A stretch of 64,000 bases of DNA from Solirubrobacterales bacterium (GCA_041393495.1 JAWKKA010000003.1:99448-163447), one strand, 5' to 3'. Counted from the stretch's first letter, positions 44,391 to 54,392 are shown. Program-made: numbers and translations. The notes: generated from the letters alone by a model not told the origin.

Positions 44391-45467
44391 TCAGGGCCTC
44401 GCTTCCAGGATCAGGTTGAACGGGGTCTCGGCGGCGCGCCGCAGCGAGCCGAAGCCGGCGCGCTTGACGACCTCGGCGATCGCGGCCTCGCCCGCTTGGG
44501 CGCCGAGCGCGAGGCCGACCTCCTGGCTCAGCGATGCCGGCGTGCAGACCATCGTCGAGGCCCCGTAGTAGAGCCGCCCGACGGGATTGAGGTTCTCGTC
44601 CACCTCGTCGCCGGCGAAGGGCTCGACGATCATCGCCGTGCCGTCGTCGGCCAGCGCCGCGAGGGTGTGTGCCGCCGCCCCTTCCGGGTCCCCCATGTCA
44701 TGGAGGCAGTCGAAGAACGTGACGAGGTCGTAGTCCGCGCCCGGGAACTCCTTCGCCGTCGCGACCTCGAAGCTCACCCGGCCGTCGAGGCCGGCCTTCC
44801 CGGCGGCCTCTCGGGCCCGCTCTATCGACGCCTCGTGGTAGTCGAACCCGCGGAACTCCGAGCGCGGATAGGCCGTGGCCATGATGATGGTCGAGGCGCC
44901 GTGCCCGCAGCCGATGTCCGCGACCTTGGCGCCGCTGTGGAGCTTCTCCTCGACCCCCTCCAGCGCCGGGATCCACTCGCTCGTCAGGTGGGCCCGGTAG
45001 CCGGGTCGGAAGAAGCGCTCGGTGCCGTGGAACAGCCGCTTGTCATGCTCGTGCCAGCCCATCCCCTCCCCGGTCTGGAAGGCCTCGATGATCTTGTCCT
45101 CGTCGGCGTAGATCGAGGCGATCAGGTCGAAGGCGCCGAGCAGGTAGACGGGGCTGTCCTCGTCCGCGAGCGCCATCGCCTGCTCGGGGCTCAGCGAGTA
45201 GGTGTCGGAGGCGCCGTCGTAGTCGACGTAGCCGCCCGCCGCCTGGTTGCGCAGCCATTCGCGGACCGATCGCTCAGCCACCCCGCTGCGCTCGGCCAGC
45301 TCCGACGAGGTCAACGGCCCCGCTCCCGCCATCGCCTTGTACAGGCCGAGCCGCTCGCCGATCACGCAGAGCGGTCCGCTGATCATCGCCCCCATGTCGA
45401 GGACTGCCTTTCCCATGAACTCATGCAGTCGCGCATCGTCGACCGTCGGTGCTGCCGAGGGCTCCAT
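44391..45467 (-). CDS. Class I SAM-dependent methyltransferase with an N-terminal winged-helix domain
   Basis: SAM motif I VADIGCGHGAST and post-I DYDLVTFFDCLHDM. ATG 45467 with an AAGGAG RBS. Confidence 0.8.
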   Translation of the reverse strand: MEPSAAPTVDDARLHEFMGKAVLDMGAMISGPLCVIGERLGLYKAMAGAGPLTSSELAERSGVAERSVREWLRNQAAGGYVDYDGASDTYSLSPEQAMALADEDSPVYLLGAFDLIASIYADEDKIIEAFQTGEGMGWHEHDKRLFHGTERFFRPGYRAHLTSEWIPALEGVEEKLHSGAKVADIGCGHGASTIIMATAYPRSEFRGFDYHEASIERAREAAGKAGLDGRVSFEVATAKEFPGADYDLVTFFDCLHDMGDPEGAAAHTLAALADDGTAMIVEPFAGDEVDENLNPVGRLYYGASTMVCTPASLSQEVGLALGAQAGEAAIAEVVKRAGFGSLRRAAETPFNLILEARP

Positions 45468-45692
45468 CGTCTGTCTCCTTCCCCTGCGAGGTCGAGAGAA
45501 ACCGGCATTCCCGAGCCCCGGCTGGGTGCTGCGGGATGTAGGCGTTCCGGTCAGTTCGCCCCGCGGTATGTCCACCGGATGGCCTAGCACGCCGGCCCAC
45601 GGATGTCAAGGCGAATCGGAGGCGCGGCCGGCGAGGGGCCGGGATCGAGACGACGGGCCGGGCAGCGCCCTGCCGGGGGTGGCCGCCGTGCG

Positions 45693-45709
45693 GGTCGAGC
45701 GGCTCGACC
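45693..45709 (-). terminator. Hairpin 10 nt downstream of ahcY
   Basis: GGTCGAGC/GCTCGACC near-perfect palindrome. Confidence 0.35.
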
Positions 45710-45718
45710 GGACGGCGC

Positions 45719-47173
<1,455 letters not shown>

Positions 47174-47255
47174 CGAAGATCTCCTCTCGGTCGCGCGTCG
47201 ATTATGGCAGCCGACTGGCGCTCCGCAGCCGGGTCGCGGATATCGTCAGGGGGCG

Positions 47256-47636
47256 ATGAGCACCCGGCGCGATGGGAGGGATCGCAGGCGGACCCCCCCG
47301 TCGCGCGCCGGCCTGCTCGTGCTCGCCGTCGTCGCCGGCGCGCTTCTCGCCGCCCCCGCCGCGCTGCGGCGAGGGGGTGCTGGTCGGCTACCGCTGGTTC
47401 GACGAGCGCGGGATCGAGCTCGCCTACCGGTTCGGCTTCGGCCTCTCCCACACCCGCTTCCGCCACGACGGCCTCCGCGTGCACCGCACCGGCCGGGCCG
47501 CCGCGACTTCGCCTACTGGGATGCGGCCCGGGACCGCTGGGCGCTCGCTCCGGGCTGCTACCGGATCGAGCTCGGGTCCTCCTCGCGCGAGATCGTCGCC
47601 CGCCGCCCGCTCGCGATCGGCCGGTGCCGCCGATGA
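47256..47636 (+). pseudogene. Relic of a secreted GH3 beta-glucosidase (signal peptide plus two C-terminal fragments in different frames)
   Basis: Frame A (47256-) encodes the signal MSTRRDGRDRRRTPPSRAGLLVLAVVAGALLAAPAA. Frame B (47371-~47500) encodes EGVLVGYRWFDERGIELAYRFGFGLSHTRF. Frame A resumes at about 47500-47636 with DFAYWDAARDRWALAPGCYRIELGSSSREI. About 600 aa of a normal GH3 are missing. Confidence 0.6.
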
Positions 47637-49102
47637 GCGCCGCCGCCCGGCGCGCCGCCGTCGTCCTCGCCTTCGTCCTCGTCGCCCTCGGCGCCCTCGC
47701 CGCGAGCGGTCCGGCCACCGCCGCGCCGGGCTCGCCGCACGTCGCCCGCGCCGGCGAGCGCGCCTACATCAGCGACGGCCGCGGCCGCGAGTTGCTGCTG
47801 CGCGGGATCAACAGCAACGCCCTCGTCCAGTACCCGGACTACTTCCAGCAGACGGTCCCGCTGCGGCGCGCCGACATCGCCGAGATGGCGGCGCTCGGGT
47901 TCAACTTCCTGCGCCTGCCGATCAGCTGGAGCCGGCTCGAGCCGGCGCCGGGCCGGTTCTCGGGTCGTTACCTCGCCACGATCGAGCGGATCGTCGGCTG
48001 GGCGGAGTCGGAGGGCATGTGGGTGCTCGTCGACTTCCACCAGGACCGCTACAACCGTCACCTCCGCCCCGGCGACGAGGCCGACGGCGCCCCCGACTGG
48101 GCGACCTTCACCGACGGGCAGCCCTGCGAGGAGGCGTTCTTCCTCTCGCCCTGCTCGATCGCCGCCTACGACAACTTCTGGACCGACCGCGAGACCGCCG
48201 GCCAGGGCCTGCAGGGCCACTACCTCGACGCGCTGCTCGCGGTCTCGCGGCGGCTGCGCGCCGACCGCCGGCTGCTCGGCCTCGAGCTGATGAACGAGCC
48301 GACGTTCGGCTCGACGACGCCGCCCGCCTTCGAGCGCGAGCAGCTCTGGCCGTTCGAGCGGCGGATGATCCGCGGCCTCCGTGCTGACGGCGAGCAGCGG
48401 ATGATCTGGTTCGAGCCGAACATCCTCCGCGACACCCTCGACTACGACAGCGGCGATCCCGAGCGCTTCTCCCGTGACCGCAACCTCGTCTACGCGCCGC
48501 ACATCTACACCGGCACCTTCAACGGCGGCGACTCCCCGCAGCTCGAGGCCTCCTACGCCGCCGCCGCGCAGGAGGCGCGCACCTACGGGGCGGCCTGGGT
48601 GGACGACGAGTGGGGCGGCGGCTCCGACGCGAAGGCGGAGCGGCTCCGGGCCGAGAACCTCGCCCTCCAGGACCGCTACCGGGTCGGCGGCGCCTTCTGG
48701 ATGTGGAAGCAACGCCCCGGCTTCTACAACTGGCAGACGGTCGAGCCCGACGGCGCCCTGCGCGACGACTCGCTGCGCGCCCAGCAGCTTTCCCGGCCCC
48801 ACGTCGACGCAGTCCCGGGCCGGCTCGGCTCGACCGCGTACAGCGACGGCCTCCTCCGCGCCCGCGTCCGCGGCCGCCGCGGCGGCACGGCGCGGCTGTG
48901 GAGCGGCACCGTCGTCCGCCGCGGCGGCGCGACGCTGCTCGAGCGGCCGCTCGTCCGCGCCTTCGTCGACGGCAGGCCGGTGCGGGAGCGCCTCCGCGCC
49001 AAGGCCTTCCGGACCGACGCGGTCGCGCTCCGCGGCTACCGGGTCCGCATCCCGGTCCCGCCCGGCCGGCACGACATCGAGCTCCGCCCCGGCACTCCCT
49101 GA
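47633..49102 (+). CDS. Secreted GH5-family glycoside hydrolase (cellulase/endoglycoceramidase-like)
   Basis: Signal peptide AAVVLAFVLVALGALAASGPATA. FNFLRLPISW, acid/base LELMNEP, nucleophile region VDDEWGGG. The ATG overlaps the relic stop (ATGA). Confidence 0.8.
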   Translation: MSAAARRAAVVLAFVLVALGALAASGPATAAPGSPHVARAGERAYISDGRGRELLLRGINSNALVQYPDYFQQTVPLRRADIAEMAALGFNFLRLPISWSRLEPAPGRFSGRYLATIERIVGWAESEGMWVLVDFHQDRYNRHLRPGDEADGAPDWATFTDGQPCEEAFFLSPCSIAAYDNFWTDRETAGQGLQGHYLDALLAVSRRLRADRRLLGLELMNEPTFGSTTPPAFEREQLWPFERRMIRGLRADGEQRMIWFEPNILRDTLDYDSGDPERFSRDRNLVYAPHIYTGTFNGGDSPQLEASYAAAAQEARTYGAAWVDDEWGGGSDAKAERLRAENLALQDRYRVGGAFWMWKQRPGFYNWQTVEPDGALRDDSLRAQQLSRPHVDAVPGRLGSTAYSDGLLRARVRGRRGGTARLWSGTVVRRGGATLLERPLVRAFVDGRPVRERLRAKAFRTDAVALRGYRVRIPVPPGRHDIELRPGTP

Positions 49103-49153
49103 CCGGGGGCGGCAGCCCGCGGGCCCGACCGGCCCGGCTCGTACCGTGTCGCC

Positions 49154-49807
49154 GTGCTGAGCGTCGCCAAGCGCGAGCCGTCGGCGTTCCTGCTCGCCGG
49201 CCAGCTCGCGGGGATCCTCCTGTACCCGCTGATGACCGGCAGCGTCGGCCGGGCCCTGTTCAGCATCTTCGGCATCGCCCTGCTCGGGCTCATCGTCTTC
49301 GCGGTCCACAGCTCGCCGGGGCTGACCGCGGTCGCGGTCGGCCTCGCCCTGCCGGCCTCGATCCTGCTGCTGATCCAGGCCATCACCGGCAGCGACGCCC
49401 TGCTGCCCTACTCCTCCGCGCTCGAGGCGGTCCTCTACTTCTATGCGGCGGGGGCGCTGATCGCCTACATGCTCGCCGACCACCAGGTGACCCGCGACGA
49501 GCTCTTCGCGGTCGGGGCGACCTTCACCCTCGTCGCCTGGGCATTCGCCTACGTCTACGTCGTCTGTCAGGCGATCGATCCCGGGACCTTCACCGCCGCC
49601 GTCGATCCGGCCGGCCAGCGGAGCTGGATGGAGCTGCTCTTCATGAGCTTCACGACCCTCTCCAGCACCGGCCTCGGCGACGTTATCCCGGTCAAGCCCT
49701 TCGGTCGCGGCCTCGTCATGCTCGAGCAGATCGCCGGCCTCGTCTTCGTCGCGATGATCGTCTCCCGCCTCGTCGGCCTGACCGTACTCCGCGGCTACCG
49801 CCGCTGA
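49154..49807 (+). CDS. Ion-channel family membrane protein (Ion_trans_2-like pore with a degenerate filter)
   Basis: Six hydrophobic segments with the pore-loop-like FMSFTTLSSTGLGDVIP between the last two. Confidence 0.6.
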   Translation: MLSVAKREPSAFLLAGQLAGILLYPLMTGSVGRALFSIFGIALLGLIVFAVHSSPGLTAVAVGLALPASILLLIQAITGSDALLPYSSALEAVLYFYAAGALIAYMLADHQVTRDELFAVGATFTLVAWAFAYVYVVCQAIDPGTFTAAVDPAGQRSWMELLFMSFTTLSSTGLGDVIPVKPFGRGLVMLEQIAGLVFVAMIVSRLVGLTVLRGYRR

Positions 49808-49916
49808 AGCCCGCCGGTGCCGGCGGACCCCGCGACCGGACCGGCAGTGTCCCGCGGAACACTCCGCCGCCGCGCCGATGCCGCGCTACCCTTCCGCCGC
49901 GCGCCACAGCGCCCCC

Positions 49917-50006
49917 GGAGGGGTGGCAGAGCGGTTGAATGCGGCGGTCTCGAAAACCGTTATACGTCGATTAGGCGTATCGAGGGTTCGAATCCCTCCC
50001 CCTCCG
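49917..50006 (+). tRNA. tRNA-Ser (anticodon CGA)
   Basis: GGAGGGGTGGCAGAGCGGTTGAATGCGGCGGTCTCGAAAACCGTTATACGTCGATTAGGCGTATCGAGGGTTCGAATCCCTCCCCCTCCG. Class II tRNA, anticodon loop CUCGAAA, GTTCGAATC T-loop. CCA is not encoded. Confidence 0.9.
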
Positions 50007-50010
50007 CTCG

Positions 50011-51376
50011 TGTCATGAGTCGCGACATAGGTCCCACCTGAGTCGCGACATAGGTCACCCTCCGGACCCCGGCCAGCGGCCAGGCTCTCTGTCGCGGTTT
50101 CGCCAGTAGGAGCGCTCGGGATCGATCCGGTGCGTCGAGAGCACCTCCCCGGTCGCGAGCTCGATGACCGTGACCTTCGTCTCGTCCCCGAGGGCGAGCA
50201 CCCGCTTGCCGGCGTTGGCGCGACCGACCCCGAGGTGGTGCATCCGCCCACCGCGGCGAAAGCTGACCCCGCCGGTCTTGTCGATCCGGTCGTAGCGCAC
50301 CCGGTAGTGGGCGCGGGCGCCGTTTCGGGACGGCATCGCTTTCGGCGTCGCCCGGTAGGCAGCGGCCGGGGTGATCCGCCCCAGGGCCCGGTGGGGGCGG
50401 CGCTCGTTGTAGTGGTCGCCGAAGGCGTCGAGTTGACGCTGCAGCTCACCCAGATCGGCGGCCGCTGGCCGGGCTGCGAGCCAGCGCTTCTGCGTCTGGT
50501 GGAAGCGCTCGATCTTCCCCTGGGTCTGGGGATGGCCCGGGGATCCGTTCTTCTGGCGGACCCCGAGGCTCGCCAGCAGGTATTCGAAGGCGTTTCTGCC
50601 ACCGGTGAAGCGGGCGGTGTAGACGCAGGCGTTGTCGGTCAGCGTCGCGGCCGGAGCCCCGAACTGCTCGACCGCTTCCAGAAACGAGGCGACGATCGTC
50701 TCCCCGTCGATCGGCTGGTGGGCGGTGCAGCGCAGCAGGTAGCGGGAGTGATCGTCGAGCCAGTTGAGGATCTCGACGTCAGCCCCGTCGGCCAGCCGCC
50801 AATGGGTCGCATCCGACTGCCAGGTCTCGTTCGGCTGGGCTGCCTCGAAGCGAACGTAGGAGCTGCGGGGTCGCTTCCGGGGCTGGGGCTCGATCAAGCC
50901 CTCCGCATGGAGGATCCGGCGGATCGTCGAGTCGGAGGGAGGATGAAGCCCCTCCTGGCCGAGATGCCAGGCGATCGTCAAGGGGCCGGCGTCGAGACCG
51001 TCGCGCTGCAACTCGACCCGAAGCTCGATCACCCGCTTGCGGATTGGCCCGGGCGTCTGGCGGGGGTTGCTCTTCGGTCGCCTCGAGCGCGGCTCGAGCG
51101 CCTCGAGCCCTCCTTCGCGGTAGCGGGCGAGCAGTCGATGTAGGTGCCGGCGGGAGATCCCCGCCTCGGCGGCCACCTCCCCGACGGTTGCTTGGTTGGC
51201 GATGAGCTTGAGGACGGCGACGCGAGCTTGAGACATCCGCCGAGGCTGGGACCCGGTCAGGACGGCGAGCCGGTGGCCGATCCTCCGGCCGGCCCTCCGG
51301 GCCGACCTCCGGCCCGGCCACCGGTCGGGCGGTGTGACCTATGTCCCGACTCACCGGTGACCTATCAGGTGTGACA
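50011..51376 (-). mobile_element. IS481-family insertion sequence (about 1.37 kb) inserted 4 nt downstream of tRNA-Ser(CGA)
   Basis: Imperfect terminal inverted repeats begin TGTCA...(50011) and end ...TGACA (51376). An 18-nt motif TGAGTCGCGACATAGGTC occurs twice at the left end (50016-33, 50039-56) and inverted at 51336-53, with a degenerate second copy. It encloses one DDE transposase gene. Confidence 0.8.
50055..51236 (-). CDS. IS481-family DDE transposase
   Basis: 393 aa. N-terminal HTH (VGEVAAEAGISRRHLHRLLARYREGG), integrase-core WQSDATHW...LTDNACVY...PGHPQTQGKIERFHQT. Confidence 0.9.
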   Translation of the reverse strand: MSQARVAVLKLIANQATVGEVAAEAGISRRHLHRLLARYREGGLEALEPRSRRPKSNPRQTPGPIRKRVIELRVELQRDGLDAGPLTIAWHLGQEGLHPPSDSTIRRILHAEGLIEPQPRKRPRSSYVRFEAAQPNETWQSDATHWRLADGADVEILNWLDDHSRYLLRCTAHQPIDGETIVASFLEAVEQFGAPAATLTDNACVYTARFTGGRNAFEYLLASLGVRQKNGSPGHPQTQGKIERFHQTQKRWLAARPAAADLGELQRQLDAFGDHYNERRPHRALGRITPAAAYRATPKAMPSRNGARAHYRVRYDRIDKTGGVSFRRGGRMHHLGVGRANAGKRVLALGDETKVTVIELATGEVLSTHRIDPERSYWRNRDREPGRWPGSGG

Positions 51377-51597
51377 TATGTCTTGGCGCTGGACACCATC
51401 AGCCGCTCTACGCGGAACCCGCGAGGGACCGCGACAGGCGGGATTCGCGGTGGCGGGGCGGCTCAGATGGGTCCTGCCGCGGCCGAACTGGTGGCTGGCC
51501 GGTAGCAGCGGGCAGGACGTGCGACCCTCGGCTACCAGCCCGAGCGCGGGCCCGCCACGTCCCGCGGCCCCGCCGCTCGGACCCTTACCGTGAGTTC

Positions 51598-51861
51598 GTG
51601 CCCCGAATCAGCAGCTTCTACGGCATCGTGATCTACATGCACTGGAACGAGGCCCATCACGCGAGGCCGCACTTCCACGCCCGCTATGCGGGTGAGTCCG
51701 CGTCGGTTGCCGTTGACGGCGCTGTGATTGCCGGCCGCCTCCCGCGGCGCGCGCTCACCCTCGTAGCCGAGTGGGCGAGCCAGCATCGCGATGAGTTGGA
51801 GGCCAACTGGGAGCGGGCGCGCCGCGAGGAGGCTCTTGAGCCGATCGATCCCCTGCCGTAG
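51598..51861 (+). CDS. DUF4160 domain protein
   Basis: MPRISSFYGIVIYMHWNEAHHARPHFHARYAGESA...LPRRALTLVAEWASQHRDELEANWE is a near-textbook DUF4160 pattern. GTG start. Confidence 0.7.
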   Translation: MPRISSFYGIVIYMHWNEAHHARPHFHARYAGESASVAVDGAVIAGRLPRRALTLVAEWASQHRDELEANWERARREEALEPIDPLP

Positions 51862-51871
51862 CCTTTGTGCC

Positions 51872-52150
51872 GTGGAAGAGCTCCATGACATAACCGCTGT
51901 CGAGGTCGTTGACGACTTCCGGCTGCGGCTCACCTTCGACGACGGAACCATCGGCGATGCCGATTTCGCCGGGCGGGAGTGGCGCGGCGTTCTCGAGCGC
52001 CTGGGCGATCCGGCCTTCTTTGCGCGCGTCCGCGTCGATCCCGAACTCGGGACCGTGGCCTGGCCCGATGGCATCGACCTCGCGCCGGAGCCCCTATACG
52101 AGCAAGCCCGGCGTAACCCCGTCGAGACCGCGTCCAGCGCTCGCAGGTAG
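51872..52150 (+). CDS. DUF2442 domain protein
   Basis: ITAVEVVDDFRLRLTFDDGTIGDADF...VDPELGTVAWPDGIDLAPEPLY. GTG 51872 lies 10 nt after the DUF4160 stop. Confidence 0.65.
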   Translation: MEELHDITAVEVVDDFRLRLTFDDGTIGDADFAGREWRGVLERLGDPAFFARVRVDPELGTVAWPDGIDLAPEPLYEQARRNPVETASSARR

Positions 52151-52305
52151 CCGACCGGGCTACCTGCGCTGGCGCTCGAGCGCTCCGCCGAAAGCGGTAG
52201 CAAGGGTGGTAGCACTGCGCTCGCGCACCGCTTGTTCAAGCCAGATGGCGCGGATTTCGCTCAGATCAGCCGCTTGCCGCTCTGACCCGTGAGGGGGCTC
52301 CCGGG

Positions 52306-52566
52306 TCAGAGCTCGTAGGAGCGCCGTGTACCGTCGAACTGCGGGACGGTGAAAGCGGCCAAGCCGTGGCCCGGCGTGTACGGAAGGCCCTTGTCGATCA
52401 GGCGGGAGCGGGTTGGCCCGAGTTGCTCTGAGGTTCGCCCGAGCACCGTGGCGACGTCCTTCGCCTGCTGCGCCTCGGGGCCGAGCTCGGCCATCGCCCG
52501 CATGTTGTAGGCGAAGCTCGAGCCCGGTCGTTCGCTCCGCCCGAACCCTGAAGAAGCTGGAATCAA
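52306..52566 (-). pseudogene. C-terminal winged-helix fragment of an AAA/ORC-like ATP-binding protein (N-terminal ATPase part missing)
   Basis: FAYNMRAMAELGPEAQQAKDVATVLGRTSEQLGPTRSRLIDKGLPYTPGHGLAAFTVPQFD matches the C-terminal DNA-binding tail of about 400-aa ATPases. No ATPase motifs lie upstream. Confidence 0.5.
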
Positions 52567-52679
52567 GGTTCGCCTCGACGGGTCCTACCGATCCATGCTG
52601 GGTTTATCAACCTGTGATGGGGCCATCGATGGCGCTACTACCAGCGGCTCCGACGGCCGCGCGGCGGGCGGGTGGAGCC

Positions 52680-53046
52680 TGGTTGTGGAACCACCTCGGC
52701 TGGGGCGGTCTCTCGAGGATCGCGGACGAGGCGGCGAACCCGAGGAAGACCTTCTCGACGCTTCTCGCGATCACGGTGACACTCGTGACCGCGATCTACC
52801 GGCTGTCGATGCTCGCCGGGCTGGCGGGTGGCAGGAAAGGGAGGCGTGGACGGTCGGGTACTTCTCGGTCGTGGTCGACAACCTGGCGGCCCTTTCGTTG
52901 CGGGCTGGCTCACGATCGGCGGCTCGTCTCGGCCGCGGACCTCGACGCCGCCTGCTGGCCCCGGTCTCGCGCGTGCGATCGTGGTCGGATCGACGTCCGA
53001 GCGCGTGGTTCGCCACGCCGAGGTCCCGGTCCTGGTCCTGAAGTGA
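52680..53046 (+). pseudogene. Fragments of an APC-family amino-acid permease with a C-terminal universal-stress-protein domain, in at least 2 frames
   Basis: WLWNHLGWGGLSRIADEAANPRKTFSTLLAITVTLVTAIYRLSMLAG is a permease block. In another frame the region ends AIVVGSTSERVVRHAEVPVLVLK*, a USP C-terminus. About 370 bp remain where about 2 kb is expected. Confidence 0.5.
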
Positions 53047-53153
53047 AGTAGAGCGGGTCGCGGCCGCGTCGGGGCATTCACCCGGGGCTCGCCTGCTCGG
53101 GCAGCCGGATTGGCTCGCGGCCACCGGACCCGTCGGTGCGATGATCGGGCGCC

Positions 53154-54314
53154 ATGGAGGCTTACCGGGAGGGCGGGCTGCGGCGGCCGCTGCGGCAGGC
53201 CGCCACGATCGCCCGGGCGGTCCGTGGCGGGCGCGCGCGTGTGCGGGCGACGCCGCCGCGGGCCCCGCTGGTCGACGGCCCGGCGCTGCGCGATCTGCTC
53301 GCCGGGGTGGCCGCCGACGCGCGGCTCGTCGACTTCGCCTGCAGCAGGCCGCCGTGGACGAAGACCGGCCTGCGGGTCGCGACCGGAGAGCAGGTGACGT
53401 GGCTCGCGTGGGGGGTCGCCCACCTGATCAAGCCGCTGGGCATCGGCGCCCGGCCGCGCCTCGTCCTCGGCGCCCGCGTCAGCGGCGGCGCGCTCCAGCA
53501 GAGCGCCCGCGACTCCTTCACGTTCACCGCGGACCGCGCCGGCGACGTCGAGCTCGCGAGCCTGTTCCCGGGCGAGCTGCGGGCGGACGGATCGGTCGTC
53601 ACCGATCGGATCCCCTATCGCGCGATGAGCGGTCGTCTCACTGCGGTGGTGGCGCGCTGGGCGTTCGGTGCCGATCCGCGCGCGGCGCTCGCCGCCGTGG
53701 CCGGCGAGGACCCGTCGGGGCTGTGCGCCGCGGAGGCAGCCCGAATTGCCGATCCGCCGCGGCCGCCGCCGGGATGGGAGCACCATCCGGCCCTGCGCCC
53801 GGCCGAGGCCTACACCGGCTCCGAGCACGGCGTCGCCGCCGATGTCCGCGACGCCGTCGCCATCGTCCGCCGCACCGCCGAGGCGCCGCTCACCCCGACG
53901 CTGCGGCTGCGCTGGTCGTGGCGGCTCGACGAGCTGCCCTCGCGCCTTCCGGAGGACACGGCCCTGACGCACGACTACCTCAGCGTCGCGCTGGAGTTCA
54001 ACGACGGCCGGGACCTGAGCTGGCATTGGAGCTGCTCGCTGCCCGAGGGCTTCGCGTATCGCTGCCCGCTCGACCACTGGCGCCATCGCGAGTCGCACGT
54101 CGTGGTGCGCAGCGGCGCCGCGGACCTCGGTCGGTGGGTCGATGAGGAGCGCCCGGTGCTCGCCGACCATCGAGCGGCGATCGGCGGGCCGGCGCCGACC
54201 CGCGTCGTGCGGGCGTGGCTGATCTCCGTCAGCCTCTTCCAGGGTCGGGAGGGCCGCGGCGAGTTCGGTCGCGTCGAGCTGCTGGACGGAAACGAGACCG
54301 TCCGCATCCTCTGA
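53154..54314 (+). CDS. Two-domain hypothetical protein with a C-terminal DUF3047-like domain
   Basis: C-terminal THDYLSVALEFNDGRDLSWHWSCSLPEGFAYRCPLDHWRHRESHVVVRSG...WLISVSLFQGREGRGEF resembles DUF3047. The N-terminal roughly 190 aa are unassigned. Confidence 0.55.
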   Translation: MEAYREGGLRRPLRQAATIARAVRGGRARVRATPPRAPLVDGPALRDLLAGVAADARLVDFACSRPPWTKTGLRVATGEQVTWLAWGVAHLIKPLGIGARPRLVLGARVSGGALQQSARDSFTFTADRAGDVELASLFPGELRADGSVVTDRIPYRAMSGRLTAVVARWAFGADPRAALAAVAGEDPSGLCAAEAARIADPPRPPPGWEHHPALRPAEAYTGSEHGVAADVRDAVAIVRRTAEAPLTPTLRLRWSWRLDELPSRLPEDTALTHDYLSVALEFNDGRDLSWHWSCSLPEGFAYRCPLDHWRHRESHVVVRSGAADLGRWVDEERPVLADHRAAIGGPAPTRVVRAWLISVSLFQGREGRGEFGRVELLDGNETVRIL

Positions 54315-54392
54315 CGCCGTGCAGCGGACGAGCCGCCGCCGAAGTCGCGGCGCGGGAAGCCGAGCAGGAAGGCGGCGCTGGTGGCCTGCTGC

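Noticed and set aside
47174-47300. SAH riboswitch upstream of ahcY (GGAGCGCC string).
   Set aside because: Only one short partial match to the GGAGCGCUGC core exists, and I could not draw a pseudoknot partner. A CATAAT -10-like hexamer (47203-47208, minus strand) would leave a leader of only about 30 nt. Infernal with RF01057 would confirm or refute this.
52156-52305. In-frame continuation after the TGA of the ATPase fragment (…SEIRAIWLEQAVRERSATTLATAFGGALERQRR*), considered as stop-codon read-through or selenocysteine.
   Set aside because: There is no SECIS-like context, GC3 is low, and homologous ATPases normally end where the TGA is. It is more likely additional debris of the decayed island.
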